Shown here: piece after piece, positions 34,064-43,923 of the stretch | How positions within the stretch are numbered: position 1 is the stretch's first letter | Layout of the letters: each line of letters opens with the position of its first letter | From: an uncultured Candidatus Saccharibacteria bacterium | GTDB taxonomy: Bacteria; Patescibacteriota; Saccharimonadia; Saccharimonadales; JAGQNJ01 | Assembly (NCBI GenBank): GCA_964493895.1 | Contig: CAZBPY010000004.1 | Coordinates: 13,271-77,270 of the forward strand | Direction: 5' to 3' | DNA length: 64,000 nucleotides | Position numbers and translations under genes: made by a program | Notes under the pieces: generated by a model | The model's input: only the letters and a program-made list of their open reading frames with translations | Databases searched by the model: none | Told to the model about the DNA's origin: nothing

Positions 34064-35236
34064 ATGTCGCAATCTTTAGTTATCTTGGGCAGGCAACCGG
34101 CTCTGGGACTTGCCGAGCTAGAGAGTTTATTAGGCCCTGACAAAATTCAGCCGCTTGGGTCAATGGCCGCTCTTATAGATTGCCACCACAGTGAAGTTCC
34201 GTTCGGTAGACTTGGCGGCTCAATAAAATTGGCCAAATTGCTGCATGAATTCCCCAACCCAAGTTGGGCCCAAATTGAAAAATATCTTTTGGAGAATTTG
34301 CCCAAGCACCTTCACTTCACCGACAAAGGCAGCAAGCTAACAGTTGGCCTGAGCCTATTCGGACTAAAAGTATCAGTCAAACAATTGCTGCGCACTGGGC
34401 TATCAATTAAAAAGGTGCTCAAAAATGCTGGCAAGTCAGTGCGGATTGTTCCTAACAAGGACGCTGCCCTGAACAGCGCTCAGGTTCGCAGCAATAAGTT
34501 ATATGGCCCTAATGGTTGGGAGTTAATTTTTATTCAGAATGGCTCAAAAATTATCATGGGATTGACTGTTCATGAGCAAGATATCGATGCCTATGCGGCC
34601 CGCGATCACGGGCGACCCAAACGCGATTCACAAGTCGGCATGCTGCCGCCTAAACTGGCTCAGATAATTATTAACCTAGCCAAACCGCCTCAAGATGGAA
34701 TCGTTCTCGACCCTTTCTGTGGCACAGGAGTAATTTTGCAGGAAGCCCGACTCATGGGATACAGTGCTGTTGGTACCGATTTAGATGAACGCATGGTCGA
34801 ATACACTAAAATTAATATGGAGTGGCTATCTAAGACTTTTCAGCCTCCTGGCAAGCGCTACACCACTGAAGTTGCTGACGCAACCAAAGCCGACTGGCCC
34901 GATTTTAACTCGATTGCCGCCGAGACTTACCTCGGCCGTCCTTTTTCGCACGAACCAGATCCCGAAACGCTTAAAAAAGTTATGCAAGACACTGACACTA
35001 TTCACCAGAAATTCATAGCCAATGTGGCCCGACAGACTAAAGCTGGATTTAGGATGTGCATTGCGGTGCCGGCTTGGTTCACAAAGTCAGGCGTCAAACA
35101 CTTAAAAACCCTTGATTCTCTCGAGAAACTTGGGTATAATCGATTAAGTTTCACGCACGCGGAGAATAAAGATCTTATCTATCACCGCCAAGGCCAAATT
35201 GTCGGCCGCGAACTAGTAGTACTGAAAAGGAAGTAA
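34064..35236 (+). CDS. SAM-dependent methyltransferase (UPF0020/Trm11-like putative nucleic-acid methylase)
   Basis: Motif I VLDPFCGTGVILQEA, and GTDLDERMV. 390 aa. Confidence 0.6.
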   Translation: MSQSLVILGRQPALGLAELESLLGPDKIQPLGSMAALIDCHHSEVPFGRLGGSIKLAKLLHEFPNPSWAQIEKYLLENLPKHLHFTDKGSKLTVGLSLFGLKVSVKQLLRTGLSIKKVLKNAGKSVRIVPNKDAALNSAQVRSNKLYGPNGWELIFIQNGSKIIMGLTVHEQDIDAYAARDHGRPKRDSQVGMLPPKLAQIIINLAKPPQDGIVLDPFCGTGVILQEARLMGYSAVGTDLDERMVEYTKINMEWLSKTFQPPGKRYTTEVADATKADWPDFNSIAAETYLGRPFSHEPDPETLKKVMQDTDTIHQKFIANVARQTKAGFRMCIAVPAWFTKSGVKHLKTLDSLEKLGYNRLSFTHAENKDLIYHRQGQIVGRELVVLKRK

Positions 35237-35237
35237 T

Positions 35238-35510
35238 ATGTCACACGTCAAAGCTGGCGGTTCCAGCAAAAACATCCATGACTCCCCCGGTCAACGCCTG
35301 GGCGTAAAGCTATTTGGCGGCCAAAAAGTAAAAAACGGCCAAGTTATCGTCCGCCAGGTCGGCATGACCAAAAGATCTGGCCCCGGAACTTACATGTCTA
35401 GAAACTTCACTATTCACGCCGCTAAAGATGGTGTGGTTGGCTTTCGGCAACGAAAAGTTCGTCGCTTTACCGGCAAAACCACTACTCGCACCGAAGTAAC
35501 TGTTGAGTAG
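35238..35510 (+). CDS. rpmA: 50S ribosomal protein L27
   Basis: MSHVKAGGSSKNIHDSPGQRLGVKLFGGQKVKNGQVIVRQ. 90 aa. Confidence 0.95.
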   Translation: MSHVKAGGSSKNIHDSPGQRLGVKLFGGQKVKNGQVIVRQVGMTKRSGPGTYMSRNFTIHAAKDGVVGFRQRKVRRFTGKTTTRTEVTVE

Positions 35511-35524
35511 ATCGCTTGTAGTTG

Positions 35525-36925
35525 CTACTCAATAGCCTCAATGACCACTGCTGTGCCATCATCTATTTTTCGCGAAACTCCAACAAGCTTATGAGCAACT
35601 TGTCCAGCATTGCCCCTGCAAGTTTGTATAATTTCTTGATCACTAAGAATTTCATAACCCCTATCTCCAGTAATGCCGTCGGTAACTAAAAGTAGACGGT
35701 CGCCCCGGTTAAGAGCTACTACCCCAGTTTGCCTTACGCCTTTGCTGCCGTCACCTAGGTGGTTATACAGAAAGTGTCCCTCACCTTCATCGCGTGACAA
35801 TTGTCGTAACTGGCTACGGCTATCTACCAGGTATATTCGTGAATCGCCGACAGAAGCCCATGCCGCATAGGGATGACTATTCCCCAAGGCATCCCGTATG
35901 TAGAGCACCTCTGAAATAAGTCCAGTTGTAATACCGCCTTCTCCAGATTTTTTAACAGCCGCATTAGCCCTTTCAAGCATTAATCGAATCCGTTCACGAG
36001 CGGCATCTTCTGAATCGACAGTTTTGCCAGTAATACTTAGGCTTTCGACCGCTGATTTTGCGGCTTGGGCAGCTGCTCGTCCACCGCTGTGTCCGCCGGC
36101 TCCGTCAAAAACAGCAAACAAGCCCTTTTCTTCGGATACATATGAAGCATCTTGGCCCTTCCTGACCTTCTCATCATGTCCTGCTCTAACATCTGGCACT
36201 AACAATTCACTGCCGGCTTCGGCGGACGGCTCGCCTACTGACTGTAGTTCTATGGGCAGTACCGGCTTGACAGTTGATTGGTCAGTTAAAACTTCAACTG
36301 TTGTTTCGTCATTGTCTAACTTGCTTTTTGCCTGGACAACACCGGTGCCATTCAATGACACATCAGTTACCTTAAGGCCCCTTTCAGTTACCTCAAAACT
36401 GACATGGCGACGCGAGACTAAAGGGCTGCTTGCCAGTTCCCGCAGACCTAGTCCAAGGCCGCTAGACAGATCGACTTCCAATATAATTTGTCCATCTTTC
36501 TGTATTATAAATCCGTTTCGTCCTATCGTTAAGCTATCCCCTGGCTCTGAACCAATACTAAGGGGGATCTCTTTTAACCTCTTAGCCCAGTCCTGGGACT
36601 CTGGCATGCCGTTAATAACCGGGGCTGACGGTGGACACAATACATACCCGACATCCGGTCTATAAGCAACTTTTAATCGATTGTCCGTTTGGCTACCGGA
36701 AGGCTGATCCATCTGAGGTAATTCAATGGTCGCTACAATGGCTGCGTCAGTTTCTTCATCTATGCTTAATGGCTGGTCAGGATCAAGCAGCGTGGATTCA
36801 TGTCGTAAAACAGCTTTTTCGATACTGTCCAGTTGTTCAAGTTGCAGGAGTTGTTGGTCTTTATGGTTCGGTATTCTGTCGTTGTCCATGCTACTAATAA
36901 TAGCATAGAAATGACATTTAGTCAA
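35525..36925 (-). CDS. FHA domain plus PP2C-family Ser/Thr phosphatase
   Basis: FHA: LTIGRNG...VSRRHVSFEVTERGLKVTDVSLNGTGV. PP2C: FAVFDGAGGHSGG, ASVGDSRIYLV, LLLVTDGITG. Confidence 0.85.
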   Translation of the reverse strand: MTKCHFYAIISSMDNDRIPNHKDQQLLQLEQLDSIEKAVLRHESTLLDPDQPLSIDEETDAAIVATIELPQMDQPSGSQTDNRLKVAYRPDVGYVLCPPSAPVINGMPESQDWAKRLKEIPLSIGSEPGDSLTIGRNGFIIQKDGQIILEVDLSSGLGLGLRELASSPLVSRRHVSFEVTERGLKVTDVSLNGTGVVQAKSKLDNDETTVEVLTDQSTVKPVLPIELQSVGEPSAEAGSELLVPDVRAGHDEKVRKGQDASYVSEEKGLFAVFDGAGGHSGGRAAAQAAKSAVESLSITGKTVDSEDAARERIRLMLERANAAVKKSGEGGITTGLISEVLYIRDALGNSHPYAAWASVGDSRIYLVDSRSQLRQLSRDEGEGHFLYNHLGDGSKGVRQTGVVALNRGDRLLLVTDGITGDRGYEILSDQEIIQTCRGNAGQVAHKLVGVSRKIDDGTAVVIEAIE

Positions 36926-36929
36926 TGGC

Positions 36930-38198
36930 TTAACGGGGATCTTGAGGCTCGATTTCGCTTTCTGGACGCCAGGTTAGTATTGGCCTTACCCTAAAAGTCT
37001 TGCCCGTCTGAGGATGCCCAAAGTCAGCCTCGGCCGGATCGTGAACAACAGATTCCACAAATCTTGGTCCCTCGGGACGTCCTTGAGCTGAAATTATATT
37101 TCTGACCTTATTATCAAGGGCGTTGCGGCGAACAGCGTCAACATCACTGCCGCCAGTTTCAGCAGAATAGTGCACATACGGTACGAATGCTTCGGCAGCA
37201 TCCTCTCCTGACTCTTCAGATCCGTACTTTGAGGTAGGCTTAACTTCTTGATCACCAACCAAACTCTGGGTCGGAACTTTCAGGTACTGGCCATTTCTAT
37301 AGACCCAGGTTTTATCTGGCGGCTGGCCAAGTTCTTCGGATGGATTGAGCACATCGCTTTCATCAACATACCCCCAACCAAGAGCCTGACTAAAGTTTGA
37401 GGTATCTGCTCCATGATCGGTGCCGTCAGAAAAGAGATGATATAACTCGTGAGTAAGGGTAGCTTGAGCTGCTGTCAGGTTTGGCAGCTGCTCATCTGTC
37501 TCGGTGGCCTTTTCTCTGTCAAAAATTAAACTATTGAGCCGAATTAGGCCCCTGGAGTGTATGGTTTGCCCCAAAGTGTCCAGATTAGAATCTGCTTGAG
37601 AAGCTTCACTAATAAGGTACTCTGGATCTTGTACGACAATATATTTAGCCAGCTGGCTACTAAGACCATTAGTGCGCTGCGAGACTGACTGTAAAACAGT
37701 TCTGATATCTTCAATTTCTTGTTCGGATAGCTGTCTTTTTGAAAGATTAAGTAGAGCTGTGCGCTGATCCCCATCAATAAACTCAATAAACTGTTGAAGT
37801 TGCCCGCCGTTTTCAATATTTCTAGCTAAATCAGGTTGCCACAAATACCAGGTAGCATCGCTCAGCAAGGCTTTAATTACATACTCGCTAGCTTGTTCCT
37901 CTATTCGGTTGCCGACAGCCTGGCGGTGATCTTGACGAATTTGGATTTCATCAATAGGTTTGCTAAAGCCATCTTCCATTTCTATATCGGTTACACTCGA
38001 GGGATCAAAATCCTCTGGCTCCAAATCAACATCCGCCCATATCTCCCCCTGCAAAGGGTTTATTTCTATGGTCGTGTCCATTAAGGCAGCTTCGGCCTCC
38101 CGACGAGCTTGGGCGGCTGTTATAAACACCTTATCCAGAGGCACAGGTTCGATGTTGCTGTGGTTCTCTTCTGGTGCGAATACTTCAGCTGCAGACAT
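36930..38198 (-). CDS. Hypothetical acidic protein with an HExxH zincin-like motif
   Basis: TLTHELYHLFSDG, with a downstream GSEESGEDAAEAF as a possible third ligand region. Its stop is 4 nt from the FHA-PP2C start. Confidence 0.4.
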   Translation of the reverse strand: MSAAEVFAPEENHSNIEPVPLDKVFITAAQARREAEAALMDTTIEINPLQGEIWADVDLEPEDFDPSSVTDIEMEDGFSKPIDEIQIRQDHRQAVGNRIEEQASEYVIKALLSDATWYLWQPDLARNIENGGQLQQFIEFIDGDQRTALLNLSKRQLSEQEIEDIRTVLQSVSQRTNGLSSQLAKYIVVQDPEYLISEASQADSNLDTLGQTIHSRGLIRLNSLIFDREKATETDEQLPNLTAAQATLTHELYHLFSDGTDHGADTSNFSQALGWGYVDESDVLNPSEELGQPPDKTWVYRNGQYLKVPTQSLVGDQEVKPTSKYGSEESGEDAAEAFVPYVHYSAETGGSDVDAVRRNALDNKVRNIISAQGRPEGPRFVESVVHDPAEADFGHPQTGKTFRVRPILTWRPESEIEPQDPR

Positions 38199-38224
38199 GT
38201 TTGTATTACTGTTCTAACACTTTA

Positions 38225-38253
38225 ATTATAGCACAAATTGACAGTCTATTCAA
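38225..38253 (-). promoter_or_regulatory. Promoter of the HExxH / FHA-PP2C gene pair
   Basis: Minus strand TTGAAT (38253-38248), 17 nt, TGcTATAAT extended -10 (TATAAT at 38230-38225). Confidence 0.5.
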
Positions 38254-38319
38254 GTAGCTGCGGTTTGGTGGGCAGTGAATTAAATGTCACTGTTCGTGCT
38301 CAAGTTATAATCGTCCTTG

Positions 38320-38700
38320 CTACTGCAAACCCAGGTGGTGTTTGATGCGCTCAATAACATCGGCTATGACAACCTGGGATTTGACCATGTAATCATCAGC
38401 TCCTAATTTGTCGGCTTTGTCCTTGTCAGTATCTTGCGACAAAGCTGTTAACATAACCACCTTGATATTTGCTGTTTCAGGAGTATTACGGAGGATATCC
38501 AAGACATCAAAGCCGCTAACTTTGGGCATCATGATATCAAGAACGATTAGATCTGGCCGAAACTCAATCGCCGCAGCCAGGGCGTCCTCGCCATTGGGAA
38601 CACGGCGAACATTAAAGCCCTCGGTTTCCAGACGAGTCTTGTAGACATTGGCCAAACCGTCGTCATCTTCAACCAGCAGTATCTTTTTTGGCGGGTTCAT
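38320..38700 (-). CDS. Stand-alone CheY-like receiver protein
   Basis: ILLVEDDD, DLIVLDIMMP, LTALS, KLGADDYMVKS. A close paralog of the receiver domain at 1644-2020. Confidence 0.9.
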   Translation of the reverse strand: MNPPKKILLVEDDDGLANVYKTRLETEGFNVRRVPNGEDALAAAIEFRPDLIVLDIMMPKVSGFDVLDILRNTPETANIKVVMLTALSQDTDKDKADKLGADDYMVKSQVVIADVIERIKHHLGLQ

Positions 38701-38719
38701 GCTTATCCTTAACTGTAAA

Positions 38720-40348
38720 CTATTTATGTTTAGCCTGCAAGCTTTTGAGTCTCTCTATAAAGCCGTTGAATAATGGGTGTGGTCGGTTGGGCCGGGACTT
38801 AAATTCGGGATGAAATTGGCTGGCTATAAAAAATGGGTGGTTGAGACCTTCGATTATTTCAACCAAGTTGCCATCGGGAGATTGGCCACTGGCTTTAATG
38901 CCCCATTTTTTGTACTGATCACGGTATTCATTATTACATTCGTAACGATGTCTGTGCCGTTCGTTAATTTTGCGAGCTTTGTATAATCTCTCGGCCAGGC
39001 TGCCCTTCTCTAAAACACAAGGGTAATTGCCTAGTCGCATGGTTCCCCCGGTGTTTTCTTTGCCCTTTTGGTCATTCATAGTATGGATGACGGCGTCTTT
39101 GGGTGTCGGTTCTAACTCGATCGAAGTGGCCTCTTTCAAGCCAGCGTTGCGAGCCGCGGCTACCACTGCTACCTGAAGTCCTAGACACAGCCCAAGATAT
39201 GGCATGTTATTTTTTAAAGCGTATCTGGCGGCAATAATTTTGCCCTCGACTCCGCGACTGCCAAAACCGCCCGGCACCACAATACCGTCAACCGTCCGCA
39301 GGATTTTTAAGGCTTGCTTATCAGCTTTTTCTAGTTCAGCCGCATCAATCCAGACTATATCAACTGCGACATCATTCCATAGCCCAGCCGCTTTTAAAGC
39401 CTCGAAAACGGACATATAAGTATCGGTGTTATCCATATATTTGGCAATAACGCCGACGGTTACTTTGTGGGAATGATTGGCTGTGGCTCGCTTTACGACT
39501 GCCCGCCATTTCTTTAGGTCTGGTTTGCGGGTTCTGAGGCTCAGGCGCTTGGTTATGACATCAGCTACACCAGTGTCTTCAAGGGTCAATGGCACTTCGT
39601 AAATACTGTCTGCGTTCGGCAACAAGGGGATGGCCTCGGGTTTAACGCCGGAGAACAAGCTTAGTTTTTCTCGCACGCGATCATTAGCCTTCCTTTCGCT
39701 GCGAGCCACTAAAATGTCTGGACTAATTCCTAGACCCCGCAGTTCACGAACTGAATTCTGGGCAGGTTTGGTTTTGGTTTCTTGACTGGCACCCAGAAAT
39801 GGCAGATAAACAACGTGGACATATGCACAGTTTTCCCGCCCTACTTTAACGCCTAATTCTCGAATGGCTTCGATAAAGCTTAGTGATTCGTAATCGCCTA
39901 CTGTGCCGCCGATTTCAACAATGTGAACATCATAGCCGTCGGCAGCTTTGGTAATAAACTTTTGAATCGCTTCTGTAAAGTGAGGGATGATTTGGACATC
40001 ATCCCCTTCGTACAAACCAGATCGCTCGTCGGCAATAACTTTTTGCAATACCCGACCGCTCATTACGCTACTGGTACTGGTCAGCTCTTGATCTAAAAAT
40101 CTTTCATAATGACCTAGATCGAGGTCAGTTTCGGCTCCGTCCTTTGTTACAAAACACTCACCATGTTCGCGCGGGTTTAACAAGCCGGCGTCAACATTTA
40201 AGTAGGGATCGCATTTTTGGATGTTTACTTTTAGTCCGCGAGCTTTGAGAAGGTTGCCAATTGAGGCGGCGGTGATACCTTTGCCGAGTCCTGATAACAC
40301 TCCGCCGGTTACAAATATGTACTTAGTCTGCCGCTTGGTTAGCGCCAC
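38720..40348 (-). CDS. pyrG: CTP synthase
   Basis: 542 aa. KYIFVTGGVLSGLGKG N-terminus. GATase region GLCLGLQ. HRHRYE. GTG start with SD AGGAGG. Confidence 0.96.
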   Translation of the reverse strand: MALTKRQTKYIFVTGGVLSGLGKGITAASIGNLLKARGLKVNIQKCDPYLNVDAGLLNPREHGECFVTKDGAETDLDLGHYERFLDQELTSTSSVMSGRVLQKVIADERSGLYEGDDVQIIPHFTEAIQKFITKAADGYDVHIVEIGGTVGDYESLSFIEAIRELGVKVGRENCAYVHVVYLPFLGASQETKTKPAQNSVRELRGLGISPDILVARSERKANDRVREKLSLFSGVKPEAIPLLPNADSIYEVPLTLEDTGVADVITKRLSLRTRKPDLKKWRAVVKRATANHSHKVTVGVIAKYMDNTDTYMSVFEALKAAGLWNDVAVDIVWIDAAELEKADKQALKILRTVDGIVVPGGFGSRGVEGKIIAARYALKNNMPYLGLCLGLQVAVVAAARNAGLKEATSIELEPTPKDAVIHTMNDQKGKENTGGTMRLGNYPCVLEKGSLAERLYKARKINERHRHRYECNNEYRDQYKKWGIKASGQSPDGNLVEIIEGLNHPFFIASQFHPEFKSRPNRPHPLFNGFIERLKSLQAKHK

Positions 40349-40377
40349 TGGCTGCCTTCCCCTCCTTATCAGCTTGT

Positions 40378-40406
40378 ATTCTACGCTAATGATTAGGCTA
40401 TAGCAA
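40378..40406 (-). promoter_or_regulatory. Candidate pyrG promoter
   Basis: Minus strand TTGCTA (40406-40401), 17 nt, TAGAAT (40383-40378). Confidence 0.45.
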
Positions 40407-40411
40407 TGAAA

Positions 40412-41647
40412 TCACTGTTGTAGCTTTTGCGTCGCCGCGTCCTTTTGCGGATCGCGTCCGGCCCGAACATCTTCGATAGTGCGGTCAATTTTGATGTCCG
40501 GCGTAATACCGCCTTTGTCGATATTTTGGCCATCAGGCGTAAACCACCGGGCGATAGTTACTTTCAAAACCCCGCCACTTGGCAGATCGATTAGACTTTG
40601 GACGCTACCCTTGCCAAAACTGTTCATACCAATCACAGTGGCAACTTGGTTGTCCTGGAGAGCTCCGGCCAAAATCTCGCTTGAACTAGCGCTGCTTTCA
40701 TCGATTAGCACAACTGTTGGTACATCTTGCAATATGGAGTTACCTTTTGATTTGTATGATTTAATGACTTTGCCGCCGCGCTGTTCGGTCAGAATAGTTG
40801 CGCCCGTTGGCAGCCACAGACTGGCTACGTCGACAGTGCTGTCAACTAGACCGCCGGGATTACCGCGGACATCGACGACTACGCCGCGGACTTTTTGGTT
40901 TCTGAATTCCTGTGCCGCCCGGGCCGCCAAGCGAGGTGTGTCTTCAGAAAAAGTCGAAATTGTTATATAGCCAATGTTGTTTTTTACTTCCCACTCGACG
41001 CTTGGGATGGTGATACTTTCTCTGGTGATGGTGAAATCTTGTTCGACACCGCCGCGCAAGATTTTCAACTTGACCGGAGTGCCTGAGGGGCCTCGGATGA
41101 TATTCACAGCTTGGGTCAAAGTCATGCCAGCAGTTGGCTTATCATCGACTGAAATAATTACGTCCTTGGGTTGCAAACCAGCCTTTTGAGCCGGATAGCC
41201 AGCAATTGGCGCCACTATAATAATAGCCTCTCCCTCTTTGCCCAGTTCGGCACCAATACCACTGAAGGTGCCATTGAGATCATTTCTAAACTCTTTGGAT
41301 TCTTCTGGGTTTAGATACTCGGTATATACATCACCTGTGGACTCAGCTAGTCCCTGTTTTATACCGTCCAGCAATTGCTCGACAGTCAGCTCACCGTCGT
41401 AATTATCTCTAAGAGCCTGATAAACTTCCTGGACTGATTCCATATCCAGCCGTGATGGTAGGCTGCTATTTTGTGAATCAAGCGGCGATAGCGCCGAAAA
41501 ATGAATCCGGCCCGAACCGATTCCCCAACCAAACAAAAATATCACTGTCGCGCCAACCACAGTCAAAGCGGCGTGTTTGAAACGGCCCTGTTTTGACGCC
41601 TCCAGCTCTGATACTTTCCGCCTACTAGCGGCTGTTTGTTTACTCAT
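40412..41647 (-). CDS. ctp: S41 C-terminal processing peptidase (Ctp/Prc family) with a PDZ domain
   Basis: N-terminal TM. PDZ (AGYPAQKAGLQPKDVIISVDD). VDVRGNPGG, SASSSEILAG, SFGKGSVQ. Confidence 0.9.
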   Translation of the reverse strand: MSKQTAASRRKVSELEASKQGRFKHAALTVVGATVIFLFGWGIGSGRIHFSALSPLDSQNSSLPSRLDMESVQEVYQALRDNYDGELTVEQLLDGIKQGLAESTGDVYTEYLNPEESKEFRNDLNGTFSGIGAELGKEGEAIIIVAPIAGYPAQKAGLQPKDVIISVDDKPTAGMTLTQAVNIIRGPSGTPVKLKILRGGVEQDFTITRESITIPSVEWEVKNNIGYITISTFSEDTPRLAARAAQEFRNQKVRGVVVDVRGNPGGLVDSTVDVASLWLPTGATILTEQRGGKVIKSYKSKGNSILQDVPTVVLIDESSASSSEILAGALQDNQVATVIGMNSFGKGSVQSLIDLPSGGVLKVTIARWFTPDGQNIDKGGITPDIKIDRTIEDVRAGRDPQKDAATQKLQQ

Positions 41648-41720
41648 AAGCAGTTTTTAGTATAGCACGGCTTCACCCAGGCAAAACGGTCTGTTATTTT
41701 GTCTGGGTTGAATGTTAGTC

Positions 41721-42944
41721 TTAGAAGCTTAGGAACGACAGGCCGGCAGCACTAATTCGGCTGGTGGCGTATTTACCGGTACCGGCTCGGTTGTAGTCAC
41801 TGATGGTGATGGTACCATCGCCGTGAACAGCTTCGACATACATAACGTGTCCGTAGGTTCCGGCGTTACTGACAGCTGCATCTCCCGGTGATGGTGAGGA
41901 ATCAGATGGGTAGCGGTTGTCCCAGTCTTTGGCGTTACCCAGTCCGGCTGGCACATATCGGCCTTGGGAGCGAATTCGCCAAGACACATAGTCTGTACAG
42001 TTTCGATAGCCATAGCCACCGGTGTGTGGATTCCAGATCGAACCGCCAACTGCCCAGTCATAGTTAGGGCACGGTCCATCAACTTGACCGGTGTGGATAC
42101 AGGCTGCATAGCCCCATGGGTAGCCACCGCCGCCGAGCTGTCCGCCGCCGCCGCCGAACAGACGCATATTCTCAATCGCCTGTTGACGCTTCAGTTCTTC
42201 GATACGCTTGCTGTTGCCACGAATTTGGGCATCTAGAGAATTACGCTGATCTTGGTTCAACCCTAACAACTGATCTTGTTCACCTTTCTGTTTAGCCAAT
42301 TCGTTCTGGTTGTTCTTTTGGTCATTCAACCGACGTTGCAAGGTATCACGCTGGCTATTCAGCTGAGCCTTCAGAGCGGTAACCTTATCAAGGGTGTCTT
42401 TAATTTTCTGTTGAACCGAGGTGCGATACTGTTGTTTATCAACAAATTCGCTAAGATCGCGGCTAGAAGCCAACATTTCTAGTGTCGAAATGTCGCCCTC
42501 AACATACATTGCCCGGATATTTTGTCCTAGAAGACTGCGCTGTTTGGCTAGCTCTACCTCAGCCTTGGCAATTTCACCCTCTAAAGCCGTAATTTTGGCC
42601 TGATTATCGTTAATTTCAGCCTGTAAAGCATTAATTTTAGCCTGCAAACCGTTAATCTTATCCTGCAAACTAACTGCTTCATTAGCTAAAGCATCAGTCT
42701 GCCCTTGCAAGCCAGCATTTTGTTGCGATAACTGGTTAATCTGTTCCTGCAAGTTGGCTCGAACAGCTGGAACGCTAATACCAGCTAATAGAAAACCGGC
42801 TACCAAAACCAGGGCGAGGCGTTTCTTAGACCATGACCGGTGTTGTTTTGATTGATTTTGCTGCACGTTTTTGTTTCTTTGGAAGCGCTTTATGGCGTTT
42901 CTTATAGACATAAGCAGTATAGCATACCCTCCTGATAGGTTCAA
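41721..42944 (-). CDS. PcsB-like secreted protein: long coiled coil plus C-terminal CHAP amidase/peptidase domain
   Basis: About 200 aa of heptad repeats (LQAKINALQAEINDNQAKITALEGEI). Gly linker. CHAP Cys (NCTDYVSWR) and His (GHVMYVE). Immediately downstream of ftsEX. Confidence 0.8.
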   Translation of the reverse strand: MNLSGGYAILLMSIRNAIKRFQRNKNVQQNQSKQHRSWSKKRLALVLVAGFLLAGISVPAVRANLQEQINQLSQQNAGLQGQTDALANEAVSLQDKINGLQAKINALQAEINDNQAKITALEGEIAKAEVELAKQRSLLGQNIRAMYVEGDISTLEMLASSRDLSEFVDKQQYRTSVQQKIKDTLDKVTALKAQLNSQRDTLQRRLNDQKNNQNELAKQKGEQDQLLGLNQDQRNSLDAQIRGNSKRIEELKRQQAIENMRLFGGGGGQLGGGGYPWGYAACIHTGQVDGPCPNYDWAVGGSIWNPHTGGYGYRNCTDYVSWRIRSQGRYVPAGLGNAKDWDNRYPSDSSPSPGDAAVSNAGTYGHVMYVEAVHGDGTITISDYNRAGTGKYATSRISAAGLSFLSF

Positions 42945-42960
42945 GTTTATTACAGTAGTT

Positions 42961-43920
42961 TTACTTGGTCGATTTGAATTTTAAGTACCGCCTGGTCGCT
43001 ATCATGGAAGAAGCGGCACCAATTAGTATACCAAGCGTAAGCTGAATGGCAAGTATAAACCAAAAATGTTTGGCAAAATAGTCGCTGGCGTATTGAATAT
43101 CTAGTAATCCCAAGGTGCTGGCATTAAAGGCTTGGCTTTGAACCGTAAACACAATACTGCACAGCATTACTGAAGCTAGGGCTGCAACTATGCCGTAGAA
43201 AACAGTTTCAACCACAAATGGGCCTCGAATATACCAGGTGCTAGCTCCTAGCAGCCGCATGATTGTTAGCTCATCACGTCGATTAAAGATGGCCATACGA
43301 ATAGTGTTAAAGATAATCAACACTGAGATTAAAGCGAATATAATTACCCCAGCGATACCCGCCCGGCGAATAAAGGTGGTGGCCTTACCGATTTTATCTA
43401 TCGCCTCTTTTCGATCACCTGAATAAGAGGTTTGTTCAGACTGCATCTCGCGAATGTCGGACTGCTCTAGGAATTGGCGAATTGGCTCAATGTTATCAGG
43501 GTTATGCGGCTTTATCTGCAAGCTAGCCGGTAGCGGATTGTCTGTTTGGGATATAGCCAGCAACAGATCAAGATTATCTTTATTCTGCTCTTTGTATCTT
43601 TCCAATGCCTGTTCTTTAGAGACAAAGTTGACCGATTGGACATTCTCTAGAGCCTCGATCTGGTTAATTAGAACCTCCCTTTTGGATTCATCGTTAGCTA
43701 CTTCATCTTTTAGGTATACTGACACATCGATACGCTCGGTAATCTGATCAATAGTGTTAGCAAAAGTAGCGTTGGCAATCACCGAGAATAAGACAATACT
43801 TAAAGTAATCACCATGACGGCTATGGCGGCCACTGCCAACCAAGCATTGCGGAAAAAGTTAATAAAACCGGCCTTGATCACCCTTTCCACACTGATAAGT
43901 TCGCGTCGGATATCACTCAT
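42961..43920 (-). CDS. ftsX: Cell division permease-like protein FtsX
   Basis: 4-TM topology with a large first extracellular loop. Follows ftsE by 3 nt. Confidence 0.88.
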   Translation of the reverse strand: MSDIRRELISVERVIKAGFINFFRNAWLAVAAIAVMVITLSIVLFSVIANATFANTIDQITERIDVSVYLKDEVANDESKREVLINQIEALENVQSVNFVSKEQALERYKEQNKDNLDLLLAISQTDNPLPASLQIKPHNPDNIEPIRQFLEQSDIREMQSEQTSYSGDRKEAIDKIGKATTFIRRAGIAGVIIFALISVLIIFNTIRMAIFNRRDELTIMRLLGASTWYIRGPFVVETVFYGIVAALASVMLCSIVFTVQSQAFNASTLGLLDIQYASDYFAKHFWFILAIQLTLGILIGAASSMIATRRYLKFKSTK

Positions 43921-43923
43921 AGT

